Below, piece after piece: positions 25,249-37,962 of a stretch of DNA of 64,000 nt. The notes beneath the pieces are model-generated. The model was given only the letters and a program-made list of their open reading frames with translations, ran no database searches and was not told the origin of the DNA. Made by a program: the position numbers and the translations under genes. Numbering within the stretch: position 1 is the stretch's first letter; each line of letters opens with the position of its first letter. Source of the DNA: Octopus bimaculoides. Lineage: Eukaryota. The stretch is from NCBI RefSeq assembly GCF_001194135.2, contig NC_068982.1, positions 178,719,002-178,783,001 on the forward strand, read 5' to 3'.

Positions 25249-27093
25249 TGTGTGTATGACAGATAAGGTGAAGTGATATATAGTTTGATTTTACTAACTT
25301 TTATCTGAACAACAGTGTAATACAATTTAATCAAACTGAAAAAAAAAAACCATTTCCCATCGTCATTAGACTCACTTACGCGAGAATAAACTAGGTATCA
25401 ATGTAGCCGTGTATACCAATCATTCGTAACACGACATAAAAGGATTTCAGAATTTTGATGGGACAACTGAGCTCAAGCTTGAATTTTACATAAACATAGT
25501 CGATACAACTGCGAGTGTATGTGCTGTAAAATTAAAGAATTTGCCACCTAATCTCTTCAGTTAAGTGATAATAACTTAGAGGGTATGAAATATTTTTAAT
25601 TATAGACAATCTAACCTTCATATAGAAGTAAGTTTTAGTTATCCATAAATGGAGTAACTCTGAAATAAGTTTAACAGAATTTGAACACGTTATGACGACT
25701 CTATATATATGCCACATAAATGCTGCTGTAGTTACTGTTTTGTGAAAGTATTGTATTATCTCTTTTACGCAAAATAATATGACCATGCGTGTTTATATAT
25801 TTTACAAGTTCACTGTAACTTACAGACTGCTTGCATCAAACCCAATAATTATGATGCCACTAAAATCCTAATGTACTGTGTCTAATAAGAACCTGTAATA
25901 AAATTTTCGATTTAGATTCAATCAAATATAAAATCATAAAACCTTGAACATAAAATGATGTAACAAAAGAAATAATAAAAGTCGATTCCTCCCATAGCAG
26001 GTTATAGGTGAATCTAAAAATAGCAAGAAACATCGAAACGAATATATAAACAACTACGTAAACTTCATCATAAAACATTAAATCTAAAAGTACATAGATT
26101 ATTATATTTTCGACACCTTGTAGTGCCAAACAATATTTAAACGCTTCTCAGGTATTAGAAGGCATAAAAAATTCGATGCATGAGAGAACGGAGCCCACGA
26201 CACATAACAAATGCCCCATTCCATAAAAATAATGACATATAAAGCTCAATATATATAGTCTGCATAGAACCAGGAAGATACTGCCAAACATTCTCATTAT
26301 GACGGTTGAAATGAATAAAAAGGTTTAACAAACATCAGACTAATGTTTTAGAAACAAAAGTAACTAAATGAAATAAACAAAATAAAGCTAACTGATCTTC
26401 AGTGTTTATCAGTATTATAAGCCACAAAAAATAGGACATTATACAAGTGTCAGTAAACAACGAGCTAATTAAAATACAATTAACATTAAAGAAGCTTAAG
26501 AACTAAATTACACCTACTTGCTAGCATGTATTGCATTTACCAGCCAGGCTCGCATAGGAAACGTATTTATCGTATCTAGAAAAAGATTAGTACCTAAAAT
26601 TCACTATCATAATAGAAACAAACATACATGAGCTAATATACATTGAACGTATGTCTTAACGAGTACAGAACAGAATTAAATTAAACGATTAAACATTATT
26701 CTAGTGTAAAATTAAACAATGATGCAAATGAAATTTCAAAGAACGCAAAGAAAAGACTACGAGCCATAAACACACTTGTTGCATGCAACTGTGAAACATT
26801 CTTAAAAATCGATCGTTCATCTTAACAACCACGATAAGAAAGGTAATAGCGAGAGATAAACAATCCCAAAATAGGCAAGAGACTTCTGCTGTAAACAGAA
26901 AGTGTAAAACATTCATCAATGGCTAAAAGTTACTAAATACTGATAGGAATTTAATACTAAATTGTAAGGCTTAATATAGCACAAAAAGTTGAATGAATTC
27001 TTATGTCTACCAAGATACCAAGATACCAATTAGAATTTTTAATCAACAGTTTATAATATGATATAATATAATATAGCATAATAATAATATAAT

Positions 27094-27125
<32 letters not shown>

Positions 27126-27156
27126 NNNNNNNNNNATAGCATAATAATAATATAAT

Positions 27157-27213
<57 letters not shown>

Positions 27214-27637
27214 TGCATTTATATGTATACGGATATATACAAACATACATACGCATATTTGATAAACTAATACATACATACATACATACACACATACATA
27301 CATATATACATACATGCTTACACAAATATATTGTGTACTTTGGTGAATGTGTCAGCAATCCGTTAGACTGTCGGTTCTGCGGAGAAGACAATTAAATGCA
27401 TAATAATTTTAATTACAATATGCACAGTGTCATTGCTGTATTTTCACACTTGTAACTTATAGATCTGTTCCATTTTATGGTGGAATAACAATTCTAAATT
27501 ATATATGACATTGATGATCAACATATATTGATATTTACATCAGATCAAATGTTGAGGGGAAAAAACTGACAGTTCAAGCGATATATGGAAACAGTTCTTC
27601 GGAGGATTAAATATGTGTTGTGTGTGTGTGTGAGAGA

Positions 27638-27713
<76 letters not shown>

Positions 27714-28309
27714 GAGAGGGAGAGAGAGAGAGAGACAAATAGAGAGAGAGACAAATAGAGAGAGAGAAGGAGAGAGAGGGAGAGAGGGAGAGAGAGAGAG
27801 AGCAAAGTTTTATATCTGGAAATTAATACTAGATCATTTTGAATGTCAGGCGGATTGAGTTTAATTTCACTATACTAAAATTGATAAAATTCGTTTGTGT
27901 GCAGCTAAATGCTAATATCCGACGAATGATGTGTCATCGCATAAGCCGCTATTGCTTCCAAAACTATCCTACAACAGTTCATAAAGTACCACTACAATGT
28001 ATCATGACTGTGATTTTAGCTGCGGTGGCTCGTGAAAGTAAATTGTAATAACCGAAAGATCAAAGTCGCTTAGTTCTCGCAAGTTAAACGTAAACGAGTC
28101 CTGTAGGTTCAAAGAAACTGTAGTATTGTGATCTGCATGATCGTTCTAAATAGACATGGTAAATGGCTTTGCTCCACTGGTAACATTACTTCCTGCAGGT
28201 CAGTCTACAGAGGAACAAAAAAGATGCTACTTTGTAGAAATAAACAAAACTGCTAATGCAAGGCTCTGAGGAGACAAAAAAAAAACAAAAACAAAAAACA
28301 AAGCAAAAT

Positions 28310-28630
28310 AGCACTCCGTCCGTTACAACGACGTGGGTTCCATTTGAACCGGCCAACGGAACAGCTTTCTCGTAACATTAATGTGCAAGTGGCTGAGCAC
28401 TCCACACACACGCGTACCCATACCGTAGTTCTGAGAGACTTCAGCGTGACACAGAATGTTACAAGGCTGAGCATTTGAAATACAGGTACTACTTATTTTT
28501 ATCAATTAAATGGACTGGCGCAACGTAAAATAAAGTGCCACAATAAAAAGCACAACACGCTGGTGGGTATCGAACTCACAAACATATGATCGTGAGTCGA
28601 ATGCCCTAACCACGTAACCACGCACCTTCA
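28310..28630 (-). mobile_element. Partial SINEs: 3' part of the 29637 family plus a tRNA-like head
   Basis: gcactccgtc...aacgtgcaagtggctgagcactcc matches 29640-29790; gggtatcgaactcac...ccctaaccac is a reverse-complemented tRNA-like head. Confidence 0.7.
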
Positions 28631-29636
28631 ACTGAAGAAATAAAATAATTTGCAAAGGAGAAGAAGAGCGAAGAGTCACTTTCTTTCATCATATTATGCA
28701 CTGAGAATAGCCCATTATCTGAGCCAGTTCATTATTTGTATAATGTTATTCTCTTAGTAGAATATTCAAATGCGGACCTGAAAGGTTCGAATCCGCGTCA
28801 TGAGATATTTTTGACAAACGATTTTAATTCACGAGATAATGATAGCTTTTTTAATGTGATAGAGAATGAATTTCGCTATCTCCAATGTTATCAAGCGTTT
28901 GTTCTAATGCTGTATTTGCCAAATATGTCAGTGGGAATTCGTATCGTCAGCAGGTCGTGAATGATGTCTTTCTCCACTTAATATAAGCGATTTTCTGCAC
29001 GTCTAATGAAGTGTTAGATAACCGCCACCCACCAACACCAAAAAAAAATCCCAGAAGATTCGGTAATACAGAAGACACGAATCAAAGAGACAAATCAACG
29101 TTAACATTGCTGATCAAAAAACAGAGTGCGCAAACAATGCATTTCAATTGGTAAATACAAAATAGCACAGATTTACAAGTTTAAAAAGTTACATTATGAC
29201 AAACAGGATACCAGCGAAGCGTTAAAAATGGTCGAAACTCTAAACGAAATCAAAGTATAGTTATAAGGAATTATCTTAATAAACAATGAACCTGTTATTT
29301 CACTGGCAACGAATTCAAGTATATTACCTTTACATGGAGGATACATTAGGCAAATTATTCCGGTGCAATTTTACTTTGTTCAAGCTCTATGTAAAGATAG
29401 ATTTTAAACAAGGGAGGAAACTGATGTAAAGAAATAAAATACTCGTTAATAATGGAGAAAATAATTATTCTGGTAAAAATACTTATATTTTCAGATCATA
29501 CAATTTATAACTGGCCATTATCGTCTGAAATTACTTCCCTTATTTACATGAAAGTTATAAATGAATAATACTTAGAAACAGACTCACTTATAAACAAATA
29601 CACACACATAAGTGCGCGTGCGTTCGAGTATATATT

Positions 29637-30017
29637 GTTGGCACTCCGTCGCTTACGACGACGAGGGTTTCAGTTGATCCGACGAACGGAACAGCCTGTT
29701 CGTGAAATTAACGTGCAAGTGGCTGAGCACTCCATAGACACGTCTACCCTTAACGTAGTTCTCGGGGATATTCAGCGTGACACAGTGTGACAGGGCTGAC
29801 CCTTCGAATTACAGGCACAACAGAAACAGGAGGTAAGAGTGAGAGAAAGTTGTGGTGAAAGAGTACAGCAGGGTTCGCCACCATCCCCTGCCGGAGCCTC
29901 GTGGAGATTTAGCTGTTTTCGCTCAATAAACACTCACAACGCCCGGTCTGGGAATCGAAACCGCGATCCTGTGATCGCGTTCCGCTGCCCTAACCACTGG
30001 GCCATTGCGCCTCCACA
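29637..30017 (-). mobile_element. Full-length tRNA-derived SINE (about 380 bp)
   Basis: Reverse complement starts ggaggcgcaatggcccagtggttagggcagcgg (A-box-like), has ggtttcgattccc (B-box) and ends acgacggagtgccaac. Confidence 0.85.
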
Positions 30018-30449
30018 TGAGTATATAGTAGTACATTTAAATATGTGTATGTGTGTGTGTGTGTGTGCGTGTGTGTGTGTATTTAAGTTTGTTGAATATT
30101 ATATTTTAGAAGTTTAGTAATTTTGCGTAAGTAAGAATCCAAATTTATTCCTTATTAAATATATAAACTTATTTTCCAGCTGCGATACAATATGCATTTA
30201 TGAATATAATTAAAATTAAATCATTTAAGTCAGATCTTTTGAATATAATTGTGAAAATTATTTGTAGTAATACCTTTAAATCGTTACCCTGATTTTCACT
30301 TTCCTCTCTCTGCATATATAATGACATATACACTCCATATTGTTATTTAAAAGTATATATGCATGTCTCACAATAGAGTATATATTTACATCTGAATGTG
30401 AATTTGTATAAATGTATGTACCTACATATGTATATCATTAAGTTTATTT

Positions 30450-32830
30450 CAAGATTTCTTGCCAATACAGAAAGAACCGTTTTCTAACCTAGATCCAAGG
30501 CTCCTTTATTGGAATTTCAACATGTGTCCACCACTATTCATGACCTCATCTTCTCCCCCGTCTCCCTCCCACCGCCTCCAACCTCATTGTCCGCACTTCT
30601 CGCAGCCCCACCATTTATTTCCTTCCCCAAATCCACAAACCCAACAATCCTGGCCGCCCTAACGTCTCCGCCTGTAACTGCCCCACGGAACTGATCTCTA
30701 AATACCTCGACCATGTCCTTGCCTCCCCCCACCTAGTGGCTTCCCTCCCCTCACACATCCACGACACTAACCATGCCCTTCATCTTTTCAACTCTTCTCC
30801 TTCCCTCTTGGCCTCTCTAAACTTCTCTCCATTCTTGATAAAGAGAATCTATATAGACTTCTTGCCCTCAAATACTTCCTAGACCTTCGACCCAACCCCC
30901 AATCTGACACGTCCACACTTCTTCGTCTGCCCGAACTTGTTCTCTCCCTCAACTGCTTCTCGTTCGCGGGGGTGTTTCACAAACATTTCTCGGCAGTGGC
31001 CATGGGAACGAGAATGGGCCCCAGCCTGTTCGTTGGCTACGCTGAGGCCCAAATATTTCAAGATAAACTGGTCCCATTCTCGAACTAAACGGTCGTTATA
31101 TTGATGACAAGCTCTCCCGCGAACAACTATACTCCTTCCTCGCTTTTGTCCCATCCTGCCCATCCCATCCTGCCCTCGAATTCTCCTGCACCATTTCCAA
31201 TACTTCTGTAGCCTTTCTCCATATTTCGGTCAACATACACAACTCCGCTCTCACTACTTCCATCCACCACAAACACACCAACTCACGCTCATACCTCAAA
31301 TTATCCAAGTCCCACCCTACCCATACCGGGCTCTCCATCTCCTGCTCCCAATTCCTCTGTCTGCGCAGGCTCTGCAGTGACTACCATGACTTTGAGTCTC
31401 AGCTCATGGCTTACCGCTTCATCCTTCGTAGATGTCCCCTCACCACTATCCACACTACCGTTGCCTGAGCACGTTCCGTGGACCGGGCATCTGCTATCTC
31501 TCCCCGCACCCACCCCACCGTTAAACGTCTCCTGTTTCCCCTAACCTATAACCCCTCCACCCTGCCCCTCCAAGGAATTATTCTCCGAGCATTCCGGCGA
31601 CTCCAGCCCGACCACTCCACTTCACACATCTTCTCTAACCTAACCCCTCCCTCCTTCAAATGAGCCCACAACATACAACACCTCCTGATCCACAGTTTCT
31701 TCCCTAAGCCCACCTGCCAACCTGGCTCTTTCCCCTGTTTCCGAACACGCTGCCGCACTTGCTCCTACCTCAGAGGCACCCATCAACGTCCCTAACATAT
31801 CACTGACTCCTTTACCTACACTTCTAGCAACGTCATTTACTGCATCTCCTGCTCTTTCTGTCCTTCTCTGTTCATCGGTCAAACGGGACGTCGGTTCGCT
31901 GACCGGTTTGCGGAGCACCTCTGAGACATTAGACCCGGCAATAACACCCCGGTCTTGCGGCATATCCGCTCTACCGGTCATTCCTTACAACACCTCTGTG
32001 TGTTCGGATTGTCTTTGCACAGGGGCCATCCGGTCTCCCACCTTCGCCGTGAACAAGAAGTGAGTTACTCTCTTCGCTCCTTTGCGCCACATGGGCTCAA
32101 CTCCCCTATCCTCTCATCATCTGACTCCCCTCCACTCCCCTCTTCATCTGATACTTACTTCCTCGCTACACTCCTACCCAACTTCCCGCTTCAGTGATAC
32201 CCCATCCACCCACACCCCACACCCACACATCTCACTCCAACATGTCCCACCCTACTCCCACATACCCCACCCTACCCTCACATCTTCACGCCAAACCCAC
32301 ACCCTATTCCCACATTCCCATATCCTACCCTCACCTCCCCACACCCCAACACCACTACTCCACCCAACACACCACCATACCACATCACACCACCCTGCAC
32401 ACACTAGCACTGACTACTTCCCAGCACCCACACCATATCCACACGCCCACTCATTACAGACGCACACACACTCACACATCCACACACACACATTCACACA
32501 TTAAAATCACCAGCCCCAATCCACACGCGCACGCACACACACACTCTCTCTCACACACACTCTCTCTCACACACACACGCACGCACACCTTCGTTTTCGG
32601 ATCACCAACACTTAATTATCACCCCTTATTCCTAGCTCTACTGTCTAACTACCTCTGCCCAGCCAGTCGTCATGATCGACCTCTAACTCAAAAAGTTTTT
32701 TTATTTATTTTTCCTCTGTTTATTTCATCGTGTTCCTTTCTGTTGAAGAGCGTAGGCTCGAAACGTAAAAGACTTTCTCACCTTCTCGAGCGTCAAGCTA
32801 ATACATCTGCTTGTTTTCTATAGACCTATC
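30450..32830 (+). mobile_element. Penelope-like element, Neptune-like, decayed RT plus GIY-YIG plus 3' terminal repeat
   Basis: TIYFLPQIHKPNNPGRPNVSACNCPTELISKYLDHVL...AVAMGTRMGPS...RYIDD...SQFLCLRRLCSD...GSFPCFRTRCRTC...SSNVIYCISCSFCPSLFIGQTGRRFADRFAEH...APHGLN. Frameshifts and stops present. Clade assignment is from remembered motifs. Confidence 0.92.
32736..32771 (+). ncRNA. Minimal type I hammerhead with variant core CUGUUGA
   Basis: CUUU-CUGUUGA-A-GAGC-guag-GCUC-GAAA-CG-UA-AAAG. Stem I CUUU/AAAG, 4-bp stem II, palindromic stem III ACGU; core position A6 is U. Confidence 0.75.
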
Positions 32831-32884
32831 TTCGTATTTTGATTTTCTGTAAATTTCAACTATATATATATATGTGTGTGTGTA

Positions 32885-32923
<39 letters not shown>

Positions 32924-32941
32924 TGTATGTATGTATGTATG

Positions 32942-32980
<39 letters not shown>

Positions 32981-33530
32981 ACACACACACACACACACAC
33001 ACACATACACACACACACATATATATATATATACGCTGCGTATTAAACAATAGGCGATCGACTTTTCAGATATTTGTTAAAGCAATACTAAGCCCCTTAC
33101 AATAAAACTTGGGCGCAAAAATCGAAAAACAACCCCAAGTTCAATATATCACCAACGACATGAACTTAATTTCGATGTTATTATGGTAGCTGTAATATAT
33201 AAAGAAAATGAAATGAAACAGAAAAGGGTAACATGAAAAACTGGTTGATTAAAAATCTATTTTATATGGCAACAACAAGAGACAAGTAAACACATAAAAA
33301 GGACAACACATTAGTAAGGTAGAATCTTAAGTTGTTTGATGTTTAATGACATGAAAATATACAATATTTATTAAAAAAGCAATATTGACAAAATTATATC
33401 TATATCTACTCTCTTATATGTTTATGTGCTTCAGTAAATAATATTTATATCTATATGTATACGAACGTAAACTCACAACACACATAACTAATATGCTGAT
33501 GTATAGCATTCTCTCTTTCTGTTCATTTAT

Positions 33531-33581
<51 letters not shown>

Positions 33582-33810
33582 CACATATACACACACAATA
33601 TAGATATATAGATAGATATACATACATATATATATAAGTATGTATGTATATGAATATATATATATATGTCTATCTATCTCTCTATATATCTATATCTAAG
33701 AATATATATATATATANNNNNNNNNNNNNNNNNATATATATTTGTGCGTATCTATATATATGTATATATAAGTGTGTATGTGTATATATATATATGTGTA
33801 TATATAAATA

Positions 33811-33849
<39 letters not shown>

Positions 33850-33914
33850 AGATATTGGATATTTTAAGCATTTTTATATTCGTGTTAATGTGTGCATATA
33901 TATACTTGTATATA

Positions 33915-34015
33915 CAATACTCTCTCTCTTACTCTCTCTCAATACTCTCTCTCTCAATACTCTCTATCTCAATACTCTCTCTCTCAATACTCTCTCTCTC
34001 TCAATACTCTCTCTC
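33915..34015. repeat. Short tandem repeat of about (CTCTCTCTCAATA)n
   Basis: Six or seven imperfect tctctcaatac units are directly visible. Confidence 0.85.
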
Positions 34016-34744
34016 ATATATATATATGTATATATATATTCAGATATGAATACATATACATATATGAGAATATTTAGGCACGCATACGCATAGGTAAAAA
34101 TTGATTATAATTTATAATATCCTTATATGCACATACATGCACACTAATGAAAATATGCTGACAGGTACGCACACATGAATGATATCATATTACATGACAA
34201 TTTTTGTGAGAGAAACGAAAAACAAGCGAGCTAATAGAACATAAGCAAAAACACATATATATACCTCTCCCCCTCTCTCTGTGTCTATTTGCGTGCGCTT
34301 ATATGTGCGCTGAAATGAGATTATTACTGTTATGTATGGAATCCCAATGAATACGTTGCTGTTTTAAACGGAAATGAAATGTTCAAATACAAAATGAACA
34401 TGTGCGAGTGATTCTGATCTTGTGTGATGTAGTTCTAATCCAAGTTCACAACACAACGTAGATAAGTGCCTGTTATGTTCTTTACATGAAGTCGACTAAA
34501 TACCGTTGTGCTTATTTTATTCAGCATACGAAGTTTTCATTCCTCCCTATATGCTGTTGAGATTTGTTAAATGCATATTATTTGGTTTGAAGTAAATTTA
34601 AAATTATGCTTCACATATCGTATATAATGCATTTAAAGGAATACAGATACATCAAATACTACACAACCTAAATTTCTGATTTATCAAAACTACTTCTTCC
34701 TTTAGAGGACACGTCATAATTACTAAATGGCAATGAAGACCAGC

Positions 34745-34975
34745 TCTATCTATTATTTACATTATTTACATTTGACGGATATTTGTTGTTATTTGTTGTT
34801 AGCACAAAGTTTCGGATGATATATATGAACTTTCTAAACTCTCTGACGAAACTCAGAGACACACCGAAGTACCTAAATCTTATCTACCAAATACTTCACC
34901 TCACTGAAGGGATGGAAGTAGAGTGGGGTCCTTTGGCCTCTTGGCTGAAACAGCTGTAAGATACTATGCTACTTT
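34745..34975. mobile_element. Probable PLE terminal-repeat remnant with degenerate hammerhead-like motif
   Basis: Contains ctgaaggg...ggctGAAACAGCTGTAagatac, sharing the stem III palindrome and cleavage context of the 36015 HHR. Core and stem I do not parse cleanly. Confidence 0.45.
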
Positions 34976-35888
34976 CTATGCTCTACGTTATATATTTTAA
35001 TAATTACTGGTATTTTTATATATTATATATGTAACGCATAATATGTTATACATGTATGTATATTGTTATAATTGTTTTTTTTCTTAAATAAATAAATAGA
35101 CATAATATAATGTCTAAAAGTTGATGAATACCACCGCTTGATCCCCCACCCCATTTTCTTATGGCTGTATAAATTAAGAGTAAAAAAAAAATTACCCTCA
35201 TCCATTTATTACATTCAGTAATGTAATTCCATGCAATGAAAAAGCTCTTGTGTATTAATAATTGGGTATTCTATACCAGCAGTATATTGGATAGATATTA
35301 TCCCTTCGTGGGTTGGATTCACAACCTCTAACTCTCTTGGAATTATATATATGTGTATGTGTGTGTTTGTGTTACATTACATTTATGGTTACATAGTCGA
35401 CCCGTTTTGCTTATGGCAATCATGAGTTAGTAGTTAGTGATAATGTTATAATTTCAAGTTATTATATTGAGTTTTCATTCGATGCCTGTAGAGGAACCGA
35501 TATTTTGTCAATGAGTCGGAAGATTAATCAAATTAGTGGAGTTGATCAATGATTGAAGTTATTATAAGTAGGGGGAGGTAATTACTTATTTTATTGGAAA
35601 GTATATTGATTATATATACATTAAATATATATATATATATTTATGAACTAAAATATTTACACAATCTTTACGCCATCAATATATATATATATTTGTTTTC
35701 TACACCACCTGTCCTCGTCTGTTTTTTTTTTTNNNNNNNNNNNNNNNNNNNNNNNNNNNNNNNNNNNNNNNNNNNNNNNNNNNNNNNNNNNNNNNNNNNN
35801 NNNNNNNNNNNNNNNNNNNNNNNNNNNNNNNNNNNNNNNNNNNNNNNNNNNNNNNNNNNNNNNNNNNNNNNNNNNNNNNNNNNNNNNN

Positions 35889-35937
<49 letters not shown>

Positions 35938-36014
35938 GTATATCTATTAAATAAAATGAGACAACAAAGCTAAGACAGTGTGAAATTTCTAGGACATTTA
36001 TCAAGAGAAAGGTA

Positions 36015-36062
36015 GTCTTACAGCTGTTTCAGTGATATGAGGGATATCCCTTCATCAGAGAC
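36015..36062 (-). ncRNA. Minimal type I hammerhead, intact core
   Basis: Minus strand: GUCU-CUGAUGA-AGGGAUAU-cccuc-AUAUCACU-GAAA-CAGCUG-UA-AGAC. Stem I GUCU/AGAC, stem II with one mismatch, stem III palindrome ACAGCUGU, cleavage after GUA. Confidence 0.85.
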
Positions 36063-36416
36063 GATATGAGAGAATTAAATAGAGGGAAATAGTAGAGTTC
36101 AATGTAAGAAGTTATTTTGGAAAGGGAGAGATATACAAATTAGTTAGGGAAATAAGAGAATATTTCAAAATTTCATTCACACTACAAGACACTCCTTTGA
36201 ATAAAGAGTACATGGAATTAATGTGTCCACACTATCCATCTGTAATAACAAAATATGAACTCCTGTTGGAATTTACATACCGTGAACAAGAGGTGTTTCT
36301 ACCCATTCTACACAGCACTTTCCTTGCATACATTTATGCTTTCTATATCTCTCCCTATCCAAAATAACTTCTTATATTGGACTCTACTATTTCGCTATAT
36401 TTAACTCTCTCATATC

Positions 36417-36464
36417 GTCTCTCATGAATGGATATTCTTCATATCCCTGAAATAGTTGTAAGAC
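36417..36464 (+). ncRNA. Paralogous hammerhead, core mutated (CUCAUGA)
   Basis: GUCU-CUCAUGA-AUGGAUAU-ucuuc-AUAUCCCU-GAAA-UAGUUG-UA-AGAC. G5 is changed to C, so it is predicted inactive. Confidence 0.75.
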
Positions 36465-36886
36465 TACCTTTCTCTTTATGAATGTAATGTCCTAGAAATT
36501 TCACACTGTCTTGGCTTTGTTGCCTCATTTTATTTAACATATACATGCTCACACACGACCCACAATTAGACTCCTCGCTTATACTATTATCGAACCGGGA
36601 GTCTAACTACGTATCTTCCCTAGCACTTATATAACTTTAACTGCTATTTTGGGTCTTCTGGATACCAAAACCTCTCATGTGTATATATATAACTTTATAA
36701 TTAATAAATAATTATAGTGCACGATATACGAAGTACCAGCTTGCTAGAAATAAGAGTTAAAATCCTCAAATAAGCCACCAAACTCACTGAAAAATTATAA
36801 CCGACCAACATAAATCGGGCAAATGAGCAAAGAAAAAATTAATACATTAACTCAGCTGAAAGCTGTAGAAATTAGAGATTAGATGT

Positions 36887-36939
36887 ACCTGTATCATGAT
36901 TTCGAATTCTGAATTATTCCTCAATTCTCTTCAGCAGGT
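36887..36939 (-). ncRNA. Minimal type I hammerhead, intact
   Basis: Minus strand: ACCUG-CUGAAGA-GAAUU-gaggaauaauucag-AAUUC-GAAA-UCAUGA-UA-CAGGU. Perfect 5-bp stem I, 5-bp stem II, palindrome AUCAUGAU, cleavage after AUA. Confidence 0.88.
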
Positions 36940-37079
36940 CTTACTAGTTACCCAGAGTCAAAAACCTATTCGTCACGCTGTCTCCATTAAGTGTTGAACA
37001 GGCTCGCGCTAAATTCAAAACAATTCCAGTGCATAATTTACGATAAGTGAGTAAATATTCAAATGAATATTCATATAGA

Positions 37080-37120
<41 letters not shown>

Positions 37121-37224
37121 GCAGTAAATATATAAATAATTAATAATAACAATAATATTAGTGGCAGCAAGCAATAACGGTCACAGTGAAATGAGTAGGT
37201 TTTTAATTGTGGGTATCTAGTAAA

Positions 37225-37277
37225 ACCTGCTGAGGAGAATTGAAGAATAATCCAGAATTCGAAATCATGATACAAGT
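37225..37277 (+). ncRNA. Paralogous hammerhead, intact core
   Basis: ACCUG-CUGAGGA-GAAUU-gaagaauaauccag-AAUUC-GAAA-UCAUGA-UA-CAAGU. One mismatch in stem I. Confidence 0.85.
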
Positions 37278-37619
37278 ATATCTAATTACCTATTTCTACA
37301 GCTTTCAGCTCGCTCGTTTGCCCGATTTCTGTAGGTCTGTGAGTTTGGTGGTTTATTTGAGGATCTTAATTCTTATGTATTGCAAGCTAGTATATTTCTT
37401 TTATTAATTATAAAATGTTATTGATTAATCATTTAACGGCATTATTGCTTGCTTCCACTAATATTATTGTTATTGTTTTTACTAATTATTTATATATTTA
37501 CTGCCAACGATAATAATAACAATAATAACATCTATATGAATATTCATTTGAATATTTACCCACTTATACATACATTTATATCTATACACTCCCCCACATA
37601 TATAGATATGTATATCCTT

Positions 37620-37750
37620 GTACTTGTTTCAGTCATTTTGACTGTGGTCATGCTAGTGAACCGCCTTTTAGTCGAAGAAATCGACCCCAGCACTTATTCT
37701 TTGTAAGTCTGGTACTCATTCTATCGGTTTCTTTTGCCGAACCGCTAAGT
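37620..37750 (-). mobile_element. SINE fragment (2110 family)
   Basis: tacttgtttcagtcattttgactgtggtcatgct...gaaccgctaagt matches 2120-2280. Confidence 0.75.
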
Positions 37751-37910
37751 AATGCCACTACAGAGACCTGATGATTTCGTAACTCATGAAGATACTCGTC
37801 TATTCAAATACTGTAAGATTGTAAAAAGTACAACTAATAAATCGTGTGAAAATCAAGTTAATTGATTAATATTTTGTACTATACACAATCATTCAGACTC
37901 GTATATATGC

Positions 37911-37962
<52 letters not shown>

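Larger units (their letters stand above)
35947..36537. repeat. Long inverted repeat 1 (arms about 35947-36140 and 36345-36537); PLE terminal repeats in inverted orientation
   Basis: Left arm ttaaataaaatgagacaacaaagctaagacagtgtgaaatttctaggacatt...gggagagatata is reverse-complementary to right arm tatatctctccc...aatgtcctagaaatttcacactgtcttggctttgttgcctcattttatttaa. Each arm holds an HHR. Confidence 0.92.
36734..37565. repeat. Interleaved inverted repeats A-B-A'-B'
   Basis: A (36734-36980) is reverse-complementary to A' (37183-37392); B (37045-37179) is reverse-complementary to B' (37437-37565). The ORF track shows the same peptide LPLILLLL...IIYIFTAN...IYMNIHLNIY on both strands. Confidence 0.9.

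Noticed and set aside
28107-28199. Possible plus-strand exon VQRNCSIVICMIVLNRHGKWLCSTGNITSC
   Set aside because: Weak acceptor and no recognisable domain.
29940-30017. tRNA-like heads here and at about 15157, 19690 and 28560
   Set aside because: They continue into SINE bodies or are decayed; I could not fold a full cloverleaf.
35947-36537. TTAA at both ends of inverted repeat 1, suggesting piggyBac
   Set aside because: No CC-starting termini, TTAA is self-complementary and lies within the arms, and the HHRs point to a PLE origin.
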